From positions 392 to 64,391 of the forward strand of contig JABGVU010000038.1 of assembly GCA_018645865.1 (NCBI GenBank): a DNA stretch of 64,000 bases. The letters are read 5' to 3'. The position numbers and the translations under genes are program-made. Numbering within the stretch: position 1 is the first letter of the stretch; each line of letters begins with the position of its first letter. Below are positions 1 to 10,423 of the stretch, one piece after another. The stretch comes from Flavobacteriales bacterium. Lineage in GTDB: Bacteria > Bacteroidota > Bacteroidia > Flavobacteriales > BACL11. The notes under the pieces are model-generated. The model was not told the DNA's origin. It saw only the letters and a list, made by a program, of their open reading frames with translations, and searched no databases.

Positions 1-1250
1 TTGGAACATCAGAAATTACTAAATATCTAAAAGATGCTGTTGGAGAAATTCCTGGAACAGAATCTCTTTCATTTACAGTAGCAGGTCCTTTTGGAAAACC
101 AATAGAAATTGCCTTATTCTCAGATGACAATAATGAATTAAACAATGCTGTTGGTCTTTTAAAAGACAAAATGAATAACTTAAACGTCTTAAAAAACATA
201 CAAAGTAGTAACCAAAAAGGCCTTAAAGAGATTCAATTGACTTTAAAGAATAAGGCATACCAAATGGGGCTATCCACATCCAATATATTAAATGAGATCA
301 GAAAAGGATTTTATGGATTAGAATCTCAAAGATTACAAATAGGAACTGATGAAGTTAAAATTTGGATTAGATATTCTAAAGAAGATAGAAACTCGATATA
401 TGATTTAGAAAATATGAGAATTAAATTATCTGGGAAAAGTTTTCTTGTAAGTGACCTTACTGATATTGAAATTAAAAGAGGTTTAATTAGTATTGATCAT
501 TTATATGGGAAAAGGTCTATACAGATTAATGCTGATCTTCTAAATCCTAAAATTGATAACCCAATAACAATTACATCAGAAATTGAGGAATTCATAAATA
601 GTAACATTAAGACAATGTATCCTTCAATAAAATATTCAGTGGAGGGACAAATTAGATCTCAAGCCGAAACTGGTAATTCATTAAAGTATTCAGGACCTAT
701 AGTACTAATCCTAATGCTAACTATTATCTTGTTGACATTTAGAAGTTTCTTGCAGACACTAGCTGTTTTTGTGCTAATACCATTTGGATTCATAGGTGTT
801 GGATGGGGGCATTTTATTCATGATTTTCAATTATCTATGTTTTCCTATTTTGGGATGATTGCACTTATTGGTATCCTTGTAAATGATTCACTTGTTTTTA
901 TAAGCAAATTTAATAGCAACTTAAAAAGCGGCATGCTTTTTAATGATGCACTTATAACAACTGGAATGTCTCGTTTTCGACCTATAATATTAACTTCAGC
1001 AACAACAATAGCTGGATTAGCTCCATTAATTTTTGAAAAAGAATTACAAGCTCAATTCTTAATACCTATGGCAATTGCAATTGCTTACGGATTAGTAATG
1101 GCAACATTATTAACATTAATCTTCTTACCAGCAATACTTAAGATTATTAATAAGATTAGATACACAAAAGAATGGCTATTTACGGGGAAAGAACTTAATG
1201 AACAAAATAGAGAGCCTGCAATAAAAGAAATAGAATATGAAAAGATATAA
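1..1250 (+). CDS. RND-family efflux transporter permease (AcrB-like), 5'-truncated by window edge
   Basis: The frame is open from nt 3, with no stop before the listed Met at 171. C-terminal half is rich in hydrophobic helices and has the AcrB-like motif FRPIILTSATTIAGLAPLIFE. A TolC-like gene overlaps its 3' end. Confidence 0.85.
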   Translation, partial: GTSEITKYLKDAVGEIPGTESLSFTVAGPFGKPIEIALFSDDNNELNNAVGLLKDKMNNLNVLKNIQSSNQKGLKEIQLTLKNKAYQMGLSTSNILNEIRKGFYGLESQRLQIGTDEVKIWIRYSKEDRNSIYDLENMRIKLSGKSFLVSDLTDIEIKRGLISIDHLYGKRSIQINADLLNPKIDNPITITSEIEEFINSNIKTMYPSIKYSVEGQIRSQAETGNSLKYSGPIVLILMLTIILLTFRSFLQTLAVFVLIPFGFIGVGWGHFIHDFQLSMFSYFGMIALIGILVNDSLVFISKFNSNLKSGMLFNDALITTGMSRFRPIILTSATTIAGLAPLIFEKELQAQFLIPMAIAIAYGLVMATLLTLIFLPAILKIINKIRYTKEWLFTGKELNEQNREPAIKEIEYEKI

Positions 1251-2580
1251 TTTAATCCTAAAGAGAGTATTACTATCATTTCTCTTTTTAATTCTTGTAA
1301 AGGTTGCATTTTCACAAGACACCCTATCATTAGAAGAAACTTTCTCAATTGCTATAAAAGAAAACCTTGACATTAAGATAAGTGCTAATTATAAAGAAAA
1401 GGCAAATAATCAATCAAAGATGGGTAATGCGGGCTTGTTACCTAAAGTTAATTTGATAGGTTCAAGTTCATATAATCAAGGAAAATCTAGCCTTGATTTT
1501 GCTATAAATGATTTTACTAATGTAAAAGATGTATCCTCAGAATCATCAAACATTAATGGTGCCATAGAAATCATCTATAATGTGTTTAATGGCCTAGGAT
1601 CTATTTATACTTATAAAAAACTTAATGAACAAAATGATTTAAGATCAATAGACCTTCAGATACAAATTGAACAAACGTTAATTCAAAGTGCAAAAAAATA
1701 TTATGATATAGCATTCTTACAAGAGCAATATTCAATAAACATAAAACTTGTTGAAATTTCACTTGAAAGATATAAAAGAATTAAAATACAAAATGAATTT
1801 GGAAATGCCTCACATCTTGATGTACTAAGTGCTGAAATTGATCTAAATAATGATAGTGTCAATCTAATAAATACATCAATAGAATTAAATAATTCAAAAA
1901 ATATTTTAAATCAAATACTCAATAGACAAATTGATACTGATTTTTTTGTTATTCAAAAAGTAAACATAAATAAGGATTTAAAATATCTAAAACTTAAAGA
2001 ACAAGTTATCAATAACAATAACAATATTAAATTACAAGAAAAAAGATTAGAAATTGCAGAAACAAATACAAAAATAAATAGAAGTAATTTTATGCCAAAA
2101 ATTAATTTAAGCGGACAATATGGATATAGTAATATACAAAGTAATACAAGCATAATAACAGATCAAACTAATTTAGGAACTACAGGATATATTAATTTAT
2201 CATGGAACCTATTTGATGGATTTTCAAAACATTCAGTGTTACAAAACGCTAAAATTGACATTGAATCTAATAAACTACAATTAGAAGGAGTTAAAAATGA
2301 AATAAGTAAAGATTTAAGCAATACATTTAATCAATATACTAATAATATAGATTTAATAGAAATAGAAACACGGAATCTATCATCAGCTGAAAAATTCTTT
2401 ACACGAGCGGAAGATCAGTACTATCAAGGACAGTTAAGTAGAAATGATTTTAGAATAGCTCAAGTTAATTTAGGCCGATCAAAAAATAGATTAAATAGAA
2501 GTAATTATATTACAAAAATTGCAGAACTAAATTTATATAGATTGTCTGCTCAAATTATTCAAATTAATATTGAAAAATAA
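1237..2580 (+). CDS. TolC-family outer membrane efflux protein
   Basis: 447 aa with an N-terminal signal peptide (LFLILVKVAFSQ). Has the two-repeat coiled/beta architecture typical of TolC/OprM. Overlaps the RND gene stop by 14 nt. Confidence 0.8.
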   Translation: MKRYNLILKRVLLSFLFLILVKVAFSQDTLSLEETFSIAIKENLDIKISANYKEKANNQSKMGNAGLLPKVNLIGSSSYNQGKSSLDFAINDFTNVKDVSSESSNINGAIEIIYNVFNGLGSIYTYKKLNEQNDLRSIDLQIQIEQTLIQSAKKYYDIAFLQEQYSINIKLVEISLERYKRIKIQNEFGNASHLDVLSAEIDLNNDSVNLINTSIELNNSKNILNQILNRQIDTDFFVIQKVNINKDLKYLKLKEQVINNNNNIKLQEKRLEIAETNTKINRSNFMPKINLSGQYGYSNIQSNTSIITDQTNLGTTGYINLSWNLFDGFSKHSVLQNAKIDIESNKLQLEGVKNEISKDLSNTFNQYTNNIDLIEIETRNLSSAEKFFTRAEDQYYQGQLSRNDFRIAQVNLGRSKNRLNRSNYITKIAELNLYRLSAQIIQINIEK

Positions 2581-3023
2581 AGGTGGTAAACAATTTACAA
2601 AAAAATATAAGGAGCTTTTAAAAGACATCACTTAATATTGCACAAAAAATCACAATAGTCTGATTTAATTGCAATCCTTCATACCAAAGCGGACTGTTTA
2701 GTGTAAAATTCTAGTATATGGTTTTTGTTAATTTTAACCCTTTAAATTTAATAAAATGGAAGAAAAAGAAATCGCAATGAAGTTCATTAAGGAACTAAAA
2801 AGAAGACTAGAATATATGCAATAAAAGCTGAAATCAGCATAATTATGGAAAGCAAAAACTATTTACTAAATCTAAACAAAATTATTTCACTTTGGTATGA
2901 TGACGTACACCCTTAGAGAAAAAGAGGAAGACAGAGAATTTAGGATTGCTAATTGTGATTTTGGATCTGATAAAAAACCATCCATTTCTAAAAAAGGTGA
3001 TTTAAAGGTAATTACATAATAAT

Positions 3024-4868
3024 TTAATAATTTAAATATCTGTCAAATGAATATTGTAAGAACATCTCAGCTTCAGACACAATGCTGCTATCATTAAAAT
3101 TACTTTCTAGAAACTTATTATATGTTATAGAAAAAGCAGAATTACCATCTTCTTTAATCATGCCATAACCACTACCAAAAGAATAAAAGATAAATCCAGC
3201 ATTATTACCAAAGACATCTCCCCCAAAGTAATCATTATCAACATTAATATCCATCTGACTCAAAATAGTAGGTACAATATCAATATGTGAAGCAAATTTA
3301 CCCCATTGCGCTCCTTTGTGATTTTTATCTAAAACTTCACCATACCAAAGCATAGGGATTTTAAATCTTTCTTTTTGTGCAAATCTTCTTTTAATAGGAG
3401 AGTTGTGACTATGATCTGCAACCATTACAAACAAAGTGTTAGCATACCAATTCTCATCTTTAACACTTTCCATAAAATTACCAAGGCATTTATCAGTATA
3501 TGCCACTGAGTTGACATATTTATCTTCCTTACTGTCAAAAGATAATTTATGCTCAGCAGGAAAATCATAAGGAGAATGAGAGCTAATTGTGAAAAGTGTA
3601 CTCATAAAAGGCTCTGGCAAATGCTTTAATTCTTCTTTAAATTGAATAAACATATATTCATCATGCACCCCTAATGCTCCTAATGGTAAATGTTTATAAT
3701 ATGATTCATCTTTTACTATATCAAAACCTTGTGAAAGCAAGTAACCTTTAATATTCCCATAGGTTAATTGTCCTCCAAAAAAATAAGATGAATGATAATT
3801 AGAAAGAGACTTATTTAATGATGGTAACTTTCTAGCCTTATCTGTTTGATTAATAATATCTGCATGCGGCAATACTGGAAAAGAAGAAAATATAGAACTC
3901 ATACCTTGATCAGATGTCCATCCATTAGAATAAAAATTTGTAAAGGACAATCCCTCTTTCTCAAGAGCCTTAAAGTTAGGTGTAATCCCCTTTAACCCCC
4001 CTAAACTTTCAATATTATCAGCCGACCAACTTTCAAGCAGAATAAAAACAATATTAGGCTGATCTGTATTTAAAACATATGTAGTAGAATCGCTCTCTTT
4101 TTTAATACTTTCAATAAACTTATCTACTCTTTCTTGAGGATGTTTCTTATACGGATTTCCTTTAAAATTGCTTTTATTCTTAAGTATATTCTGAATCAAA
4201 TTCCAATTAGGATTTACAGTAACATCATTCAATATTATATTATTGGAAAAATAAGCATCACTCAGGTTAATTGGAATTTCTTTCCATCCTCCTCTTATTA
4301 AAAGCAAGAACATCCCGAGTACAATTGGTAATTTTATAATTTTTACAACAAACTGTTTATAATTATACCTATTTGAAATGAAGAATTGATGCACAAAAAC
4401 CGTATAAATTTTCACAAATACTACTGCAATAAATATTGCTATTAGCATTGTAAAATAGTTAGCATATGTGGAAGTTGAAAACACCTCTGATGGATTAGCA
4501 AAATGGCTTAAAGCTGTAAAATTTAGCTTTGTTCCCCACTCAGCATAAATTGAAATCTCCCCCCCTATTATTAATGCTGAAACAAAGATAAAAAGAGAAT
4601 TTATCCAATAAACTAATCCACTGATGAAAGCATTGAATCTTTTTCGTAAAATAATTGAATTAAAAAATAAAAGTATAGTGATCATTACTGATAAATACGC
4701 TATAAATGAAATGTCTAATCTAACTGATTTTTTAACAATAAGTAATAGTTCTGTTGATGAGAATTGCAAGAATTCTTCTAGGTAATTTACAATAAAGAAT
4801 AGTCGATTAACAAAAAAGTAAAGCAGCCAAAAAACAAATAATCTTATGAAGTATTTGAAATTACTCAT
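3024..4868 (-). CDS. LTA synthase / sulfatase-family membrane protein (alkaline phosphatase superfamily)
   Basis: 614 aa. About 5 N-terminal TM helices, then a sulfatase-like domain (IVFILLESWSAD, MVADHSHNSP). Confidence 0.75.
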   Translation of the reverse strand: MSNFKYFIRLFVFWLLYFFVNRLFFIVNYLEEFLQFSSTELLLIVKKSVRLDISFIAYLSVMITILLFFNSIILRKRFNAFISGLVYWINSLFIFVSALIIGGEISIYAEWGTKLNFTALSHFANPSEVFSTSTYANYFTMLIAIFIAVVFVKIYTVFVHQFFISNRYNYKQFVVKIIKLPIVLGMFLLLIRGGWKEIPINLSDAYFSNNIILNDVTVNPNWNLIQNILKNKSNFKGNPYKKHPQERVDKFIESIKKESDSTTYVLNTDQPNIVFILLESWSADNIESLGGLKGITPNFKALEKEGLSFTNFYSNGWTSDQGMSSIFSSFPVLPHADIINQTDKARKLPSLNKSLSNYHSSYFFGGQLTYGNIKGYLLSQGFDIVKDESYYKHLPLGALGVHDEYMFIQFKEELKHLPEPFMSTLFTISSHSPYDFPAEHKLSFDSKEDKYVNSVAYTDKCLGNFMESVKDENWYANTLFVMVADHSHNSPIKRRFAQKERFKIPMLWYGEVLDKNHKGAQWGKFASHIDIVPTILSQMDINVDNDYFGGDVFGNNAGFIFYSFGSGYGMIKEDGNSAFSITYNKFLESNFNDSSIVSEAEMFLQYSFDRYLNY

Positions 4869-5334
4869 TTAAAAATAATTCTTTTATATTCCCGTAAGAA
4901 TTCTCTAACTTTGCAGTAATTTCATCTTCATTTACCCACTCAACTTTTGTGATCCCTTCCTCTGTTTGTGGTATGAGTTCATTAGAATAAGTTGTATGCA
5001 TTTTAAACCAATAAGTTTGCTTTAAAATTGATTTGCCATTCATTTCATAAGTATGATAGGTGTCTTGTAAAGCATTTATAATACTTAATCCTGAGATCCC
5101 ACACTCTTCTTGGACTTCACGGGTTGCGCACTCTTTTATATCTTCATTCTGCTCCAATTTTCCTTTTGGTAAATCCCATTTTTTATTTCTATAAATCATA
5201 AGCAATTGATTTTCTTTATTATAAACCACTCCTCCTGCAGCTTTAATTAAGAAATAATCAGTACAAAACATTTTCCAATTATCAGTTATAATTTTTGGCT
5301 CATTATTAATGTAAACTTTATATTTTTGTGGCAT
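4861..5334 (-). CDS. NUDIX hydrolase
   Basis: Nudix box GKLEQNEDIKECATREVQEECGI. I place the start at MPQKYKVY (nt 5334) rather than the ORF-track Met at 5412, which would run antisense through pyrE. Confidence 0.8.
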   Translation of the reverse strand: MPQKYKVYINNEPKIITDNWKMFCTDYFLIKAAGGVVYNKENQLLMIYRNKKWDLPKGKLEQNEDIKECATREVQEECGISGLSIINALQDTYHTYEMNGKSILKQTYWFKMHTTYSNELIPQTEEGITKVEWVNEDEITAKLENSYGNIKELFLNE

Positions 5335-5974
5335 GATATATGATATTGATATTGCTAAACAAGTTGCTAAATCTTTATTGCAAATAAACGCAATTATTTT
5401 AAAACCTAACAACCCATTTAAATGGGCCGCAGGTTGGAACTCTCCAATTTACTGTGATAACCGAAAAACGCTATCATATCCTGAAATAAGAAATTACATT
5501 AAACAAGGATTGTCCACTATTATCAAAAATTATTACCAAGGCGCCAATGTAATTGCTGGAGTAGCAACAGCCGGAATTCCTCATGGATCTTTAGTTGCTG
5601 AAGGGTTAGGCTTACCCTTTATCTATGTTAGGGCAAAAGCAAAAGAACACGGAAAACAGAACCAGATAGAAGGCTATTTTGAACAAGGACAATCAGTCGT
5701 TTTAGTAGAGGACTTAATTAGTAGTGGTAAGAGTAGCTTGGATGCAGCAACCGTTTTGCGTGAAGCAGGAATGCATGTTAAAGGAATGGTTTCCATATTT
5801 ACTTACGGCTTTGATACAGCAATTGAAAACTTTAAAGCTGCCGAATGTGAGTATGTATCTTTATGCGACTATAATACCTTATTACCAGAAGCAATAAAAT
5901 CACAACATATTGAAAAAACAGATTTAGCTATTCTGAAACAGTGGAGAGAAAACCCTTCAATTTGGAAAAAATAA
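5333..5974 (+). CDS. pyrE: orotate phosphoribosyltransferase
   Basis: 213 aa. PRPP-binding motif VVLVEDLISSGKSSL and conserved N-terminus LLQINAIILKPNNPFKWAAGWNSPIYCDNR. Confidence 0.9.
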   Translation: MIYDIDIAKQVAKSLLQINAIILKPNNPFKWAAGWNSPIYCDNRKTLSYPEIRNYIKQGLSTIIKNYYQGANVIAGVATAGIPHGSLVAEGLGLPFIYVRAKAKEHGKQNQIEGYFEQGQSVVLVEDLISSGKSSLDAATVLREAGMHVKGMVSIFTYGFDTAIENFKAAECEYVSLCDYNTLLPEAIKSQHIEKTDLAILKQWRENPSIWKK

Positions 5975-5978
5975 AAAT

Positions 5979-6368
5979 ATGGCAATATTTACATCCCCAG
6001 AAGTAATCGTAAACAGAAGTGCTGAAGATTTCTTTATTAAAATTGGAGATCTTAACAACCTAAAAGAAATAATGCCTTCCTCTATTAAGGATTTTGAAAG
6101 TACTGAAACAACCTGTTCATTTAAAATGAAAGGAATGCCTACTTTAAATTTAGAATTAGGAGAGAAAATTCCATTTTCAAAAATTTCATTAACAGCCAAA
6201 GGTAATAAAGTGCCTTTTTCTTTGGATTGTTTTATTACTGAAAAAGGAAATCAATGTCAAGCACGTTTGGAAATAAATGCTGAGTTAAATATAATAATGA
6301 AAATGATGGTTGAAAAACCATTAACTCAATTTTTGGATGTTTTAGCTGGTAAAATGGAAAAATTCTAA
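5979..6368 (+). CDS. small SRPBCC-like hypothetical protein
   Basis: 129-aa ORF tightly following pyrE (4-nt gap). Size and alternating beta pattern suggest a START/SRPBCC fold. Assignment is weak. Confidence 0.45.
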   Translation: MAIFTSPEVIVNRSAEDFFIKIGDLNNLKEIMPSSIKDFESTETTCSFKMKGMPTLNLELGEKIPFSKISLTAKGNKVPFSLDCFITEKGNQCQARLEINAELNIIMKMMVEKPLTQFLDVLAGKMEKF

Positions 6369-7093
6369 AATAAATGTCTTACTTGCTGATTTTCAAATGC
6401 AATAATGCTATTGTCTTCAAGTTGAATGAGTAGTTTTCCACTTTTACTTACTCCTTTTATTATTCCCATAAACTGCTTATTATCACTTTCAAAAATAGCT
6501 GGTTTATCTTTTAAAAATAAGGATTCCAAATATTCTTTATCTTGATTTTCACCAACTTTTAGACGCATTAATCGTATGGATAGGAAGCTTAAGAATTGCT
6601 CTTGTATTTGTGAAACTTCATATTCTTTATTTAGCTTCAATCTTAAAGAAGTCGCAATTGGAGAATAAACCTTAAATACACCTTGATTTACATTAAACCC
6701 TAGCCCGATTACTGAATGAGTAATGTAATTTCCTTTTGTTTTATTTTGTATCAATATTCCAGCAATTTTTTGCTTGGCTACCAAAATATCATTTGGCCAT
6801 TTTATTTCAGCTTCAATACCAAAACTTTTTAGTAAATCGCACACTGATAAAGCAACTATTTTACTAATTAATGACTGCTCATCAAGTTTTAATTTAGGCT
6901 CAATAACAACTGACAGCAATAGATTTTCGTTAGCATTGCTTTCCCAAGTCTTTCCTCTTTGCCCATTTCCCTCACTTTGATAGTTGGTAGTAACGACTAA
7001 TCCTTCTTTAAAAACAAGTGAATCTATCAAACTTAACGTGTAATCGTTTGTAGAATTTATGGCTTCTAATTTTATGTGATTTATAATAAACAA
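6365..7093 (-). CDS. birA: biotin--[acetyl-CoA-carboxylase] ligase (group I, no HTH domain)
   Basis: 242 aa with motif GNGQRGKTWES (GRGRxGRxW-like) and KWPNDI. The start as tracked is a TTG codon. Confidence 0.8.
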   Translation of the reverse strand: MFIINHIKLEAINSTNDYTLSLIDSLVFKEGLVVTTNYQSEGNGQRGKTWESNANENLLLSVVIEPKLKLDEQSLISKIVALSVCDLLKSFGIEAEIKWPNDILVAKQKIAGILIQNKTKGNYITHSVIGLGFNVNQGVFKVYSPIATSLRLKLNKEYEVSQIQEQFLSFLSIRLMRLKVGENQDKEYLESLFLKDKPAIFESDNKQFMGIIKGVSKSGKLLIQLEDNSIIAFENQQVRHLF

Positions 7094-7164
7094 AGCAGCC
7101 TAATTTTTTCAGAAATTATTGATTTAAAAAATGTATTTTCGCAGTCGCAAATCTAAAAATAAAT

Positions 7165-7530
7165 ATGGCTAAAAGAATTGATGCAACCAATATTCTATTA
7201 GAAAACATAATAGATGCAATACAAGAGGTAAAGGGACTAGAAATTATTTCCTTGGATTTAAGGAAGTTAGACTCTGCAATAAGTAAATATTTTGTTATTT
7301 GTACAGGCACTTCAAGCATTCATGTTAACGCAATTGAAGGAAGTATTAAAAAAACAATTTCAAAGGACTTAGGCGAAAAGCCATTCCATATTGAAGGAAA
7401 TAGGGTTGGAGAATGGATTTTAATGGACTATTCAGATATAATCGTACACATTTTTCAAGAAGAAACAAGAACTTTTTATAACATTGAGGATTTTTGGGGT
7501 GATGCAGAATTCAAAAATTATAAAGAATAA
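7165..7530 (+). CDS. rsfS: ribosome silencing factor RsfS (iojap family)
   Basis: 121 aa with the typical FVICTGTSSIHVNAI and WILMDYSDIIVHIF motifs. Lies upstream of ftsH, as is common. Confidence 0.85.
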   Translation: MAKRIDATNILLENIIDAIQEVKGLEIISLDLRKLDSAISKYFVICTGTSSIHVNAIEGSIKKTISKDLGEKPFHIEGNRVGEWILMDYSDIIVHIFQEETRTFYNIEDFWGDAEFKNYKE

Positions 7531-7542
7531 ACTAATTTAAAA

Positions 7543-9570
7543 ATGAATAATAAAAATAAATCAAATTTACCAAATGGATTAAAAGGATTTAAATTCAAAA
7601 TCTACTGGTTGTACGCAATCATATTTGTATTTTTTATTGGCTTGCAATTTATAGGTACTGAAGTGACTGAATCTACTAATTGGCAGGAATTCAACCAAAT
7701 AATGTTACAAAATGGAAAGGTTGATAAAGTAATAGTTGTCAATAAAGACAAGGCCTATGTGTATATTAAAAAAGAGTTTTTATCAGAAGACCAATTCAAA
7801 AAAGTAGGAAAAAAGACCTTTGGTGATGCACCAAATTTAGGGCCTCATTTTTACTTTGAAATCGGTTCTGTTGAAACGTTTAGTAATGACTTAAAAGATG
7901 CACAAATAACATTTGACAATGAGGATAAGATATCTCCATATTATGAAACACAAAAAGATGTATTTGGTGACATTATAGGCTGGATTTTACCTTTAGCATT
8001 CTTTGTTTTTGTTTGGTTATTCATTATGAAAAAAATGAGTGGTGGTGCTGGTGGTGGCGGACAAATCTTTAATATTGGAAAAACACAAAACAAATTAATA
8101 AATAAAGAAGATATACAAATAACCTTTGAAGACGTTGCAGGATTAGAGGGTGCTAAAGAAGAAATTACTGAAATAGTTGATTTCTTGAAATCTCCAGAAA
8201 AATACACCAAATTAGGTGGCAAGATTCCTAGAGGTGCAATGCTAATAGGCCCACCTGGTACAGGAAAAACATTACTTGCCAAAGCAGTTGCTGGTGAAGC
8301 AAAAGTACCTTTCTTCTCTCTTTCAGGTTCAGATTTTGTTGAGATGTTTGTTGGGGTTGGCGCAAGTAGAGTGCGTGACCTATTTAAACAAGCAAAGGAA
8401 AAAGCTCCAGCCATTATCTTTATTGATGAAATAGATGCTATTGGTCGTGCAAGAGGAAAAAATGCAATGACAGGAAGTAATGACGAAAGAGAAAATACAC
8501 TAAATCAGTTATTAACTGAAATGGATGGTTTTGGCACTAATTCAGGAGTAATTGTAATGGGAGCTACTAATAGAGTTGATGTTTTAGACAAAGCTTTGAC
8601 CAGAGCAGGAAGATTTGACAGACAAATATTTGTTGATTTACCCGATTTACTAGAGCGTAAAGCTATATTTAAAGTACATTTAAAACCTATCAAATTGATT
8701 AAAAGTATGGATGTTAATTTCTTATCCAGACAAACTCCAGGTTTTTCAGGAGCCGATATTGCCAATGTCTGTAATGAGTCTGCTCTTATTGCTGCCAGAA
8801 AATCCAAAGATAGAGTTGACAAACAAGATTTTATTGATGCGGTAGATAGAATTATAGGTGGATTAGAAAAGAAATCAAAAATAATTTCTCCTGGCGAAAA
8901 GAAAACAATTGCCTATCATGAGGCAGGACACGCCACAGTAAGTTGGATGTTAGAATTCGCCTCACCCCTTGTTAAAGTTACTATTGTCCCCAGAGGAAAA
9001 TCATTAGGCTCAGCATGGTACTTACCTGAAGAAAGACAATTGACTACTACAGAACAAATGTTAGATGAAATTTGTGCTGCTATGGGTGGTAGAGCTGCTG
9101 AAGATCTGTTCTTTGGTAAAATATCAACTGGAGCATTAAGCGACTTGGAAAAAGTGACTAAACAGGCTTATGCAATGGTAAGTATTTATGGATTAAGCGA
9201 AAAAGTAGGGAATATTTCTTATTACGATTCTTCAGGACAACAATCCGGTTTTACAAAACCTTATTCTGAAGAAAGAGCCCAAACGATAGATAAAGAAGTG
9301 TCAAAAATTTTGGAAGAGCAATACCAAAGAGCAAAAGATATTTTAATAGAACATAAAGATAAAGTTAAAAAATTAGGAAATGAACTTTTAGAAAATGAAG
9401 TTATTTTTAAAGATGATTTAACTAAAATATTTGGGGATAGAGCATGGAAATCCTATGAAGAAGAGCAACTTATTAAAATGGATTTAGAAAAAACTGAATT
9501 AGACAACTTAGCAAAAATAACAAAAGCTGCAAAAGTAAAAACTGCAAAAGAAAAAAAAGAAAAACCCTAA
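7543..9570 (+). CDS. ftsH: ATP-dependent zinc metalloprotease FtsH
   Basis: 675 aa. Walker A GPPGTGKT, Walker B IIFIDEID, second region of homology, zinc site HEAGHA, two N-terminal TM segments. Confidence 0.97.
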   Translation: MNNKNKSNLPNGLKGFKFKIYWLYAIIFVFFIGLQFIGTEVTESTNWQEFNQIMLQNGKVDKVIVVNKDKAYVYIKKEFLSEDQFKKVGKKTFGDAPNLGPHFYFEIGSVETFSNDLKDAQITFDNEDKISPYYETQKDVFGDIIGWILPLAFFVFVWLFIMKKMSGGAGGGGQIFNIGKTQNKLINKEDIQITFEDVAGLEGAKEEITEIVDFLKSPEKYTKLGGKIPRGAMLIGPPGTGKTLLAKAVAGEAKVPFFSLSGSDFVEMFVGVGASRVRDLFKQAKEKAPAIIFIDEIDAIGRARGKNAMTGSNDERENTLNQLLTEMDGFGTNSGVIVMGATNRVDVLDKALTRAGRFDRQIFVDLPDLLERKAIFKVHLKPIKLIKSMDVNFLSRQTPGFSGADIANVCNESALIAARKSKDRVDKQDFIDAVDRIIGGLEKKSKIISPGEKKTIAYHEAGHATVSWMLEFASPLVKVTIVPRGKSLGSAWYLPEERQLTTTEQMLDEICAAMGGRAAEDLFFGKISTGALSDLEKVTKQAYAMVSIYGLSEKVGNISYYDSSGQQSGFTKPYSEERAQTIDKEVSKILEEQYQRAKDILIEHKDKVKKLGNELLENEVIFKDDLTKIFGDRAWKSYEEEQLIKMDLEKTELDNLAKITKAAKVKTAKEKKEKP

Positions 9571-9590
9571 AGCATCAGAAGAAAGTTTAA

Positions 9591-9797
9591 ATGATAAAAA
9601 TTCTTAGTACTGATAACCCAAATAAAGCGACAATTATAAAACAAATGTTAGAAGAAAATAACATTAAGGTTGTACTGCTTAATAAACAAGACTCTTCTTA
9701 TTTAATGTTTGGTTTAATTGAACTATATGTACAGGAAGAACAGATAGAGAAATCAGAGAATTTACTTAAAGAAATTAACAATGAACGAAATACTTAA
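9591..9797 (+). CDS. small hypothetical protein (DUF2007-like)
   Basis: 68-aa ORF between ftsH and cdsA, overlapping the cdsA start by 17 nt. Family assignment is tentative. Confidence 0.4.
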   Translation: MIKILSTDNPNKATIIKQMLEENNIKVVLLNKQDSSYLMFGLIELYVQEEQIEKSENLLKEINNERNT

Positions 9798-10422
9798 AAG
9801 AGCATTATCCGGATTATTTTATATGCTTATCATGTGGTTCGGAACTTCTTTTTCTGAGTTATCATTCCATATTTTATTTATAGTTTTAGGAATTGCTTCA
9901 ATTTATGAGATGTGGAAACTTAGAAAAGGGAAACCTAAAGCTTTTGCATTTTTATATCTACTAATTCCATTTATTCTGATTCATTTTTTTGGAATGATAA
10001 AAAGTGATAATTCTAATTCTGTATTTGACCCATCTCTTGCTCTATTAATGTTCATTCTTACTTGGACTTTTGACACCTTTGCCTATCTATTTGGAATACA
10101 ATTTGGGAAAACAAAAATTATGCCTTCTGTTTCTCCTAAAAAATCATGGGAAGGTTTTGCAGGCGGTTTTGTTTTTACTGCTATCGCTTCTTTCATTACT
10201 ACTCGTTATTACCTAGAAATAGACAATAGTATTGCTTTAGGCATGAGCTTGCTTTTACCTTTCACTGCTACGCTTGGTGATTTTACGGAATCCTATTTTA
10301 AACGAAAAGCTGGCGTAAAAGATTCAGGAAAATTTATACCAGGACATGGAGGAATACTTGACAGAATGGATGCTTTTATGGTTACCATTCCGGTACTATA
10401 CATTTATTTAAATATCATTTAA
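9781..10422 (+). CDS. cdsA: phosphatidate cytidylyltransferase
   Basis: Polytopic membrane protein with the CTP-transferase signature SYFKRKAGVKDSGKFIPGHGGILDRMD. Confidence 0.85.
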   Translation: MNEILKRALSGLFYMLIMWFGTSFSELSFHILFIVLGIASIYEMWKLRKGKPKAFAFLYLLIPFILIHFFGMIKSDNSNSVFDPSLALLMFILTWTFDTFAYLFGIQFGKTKIMPSVSPKKSWEGFAGGFVFTAIASFITTRYYLEIDNSIALGMSLLLPFTATLGDFTESYFKRKAGVKDSGKFIPGHGGILDRMDAFMVTIPVLYIYLNII

Positions 10423-10423
10423 T

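Noticed and set aside
5335-5412. 26-codon N-terminal extension of the NUDIX ORF (tracked start 5412).
   Set aside because: It would overlap pyrE antisense by 80 nt. The extension (MLGFKIIAFICNKDLATCLAISISYI) looks like antisense noise. MPQKYKVY is a typical NUDIX N-terminus.
7941-8414. Long antisense ORFs nested in well-supported genes. Examples: 7941-8414 and 8505-8822 in ftsH, 12264-12872 in proline dehydrogenase, 14303-14704 in ald, 19890-20495 in lpxC/fabZ, 26643-27035 in meaB, 25020-25349 in DUF1015, 42560-43951 ORFs in parC, 47963-48277 in ychF.
   Set aside because: They lie fully opposite genes that have strong catalytic motifs. Their translations are low-complexity (S/F/I/L/P-rich) with no motifs. 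They are typical shadow ORFs.
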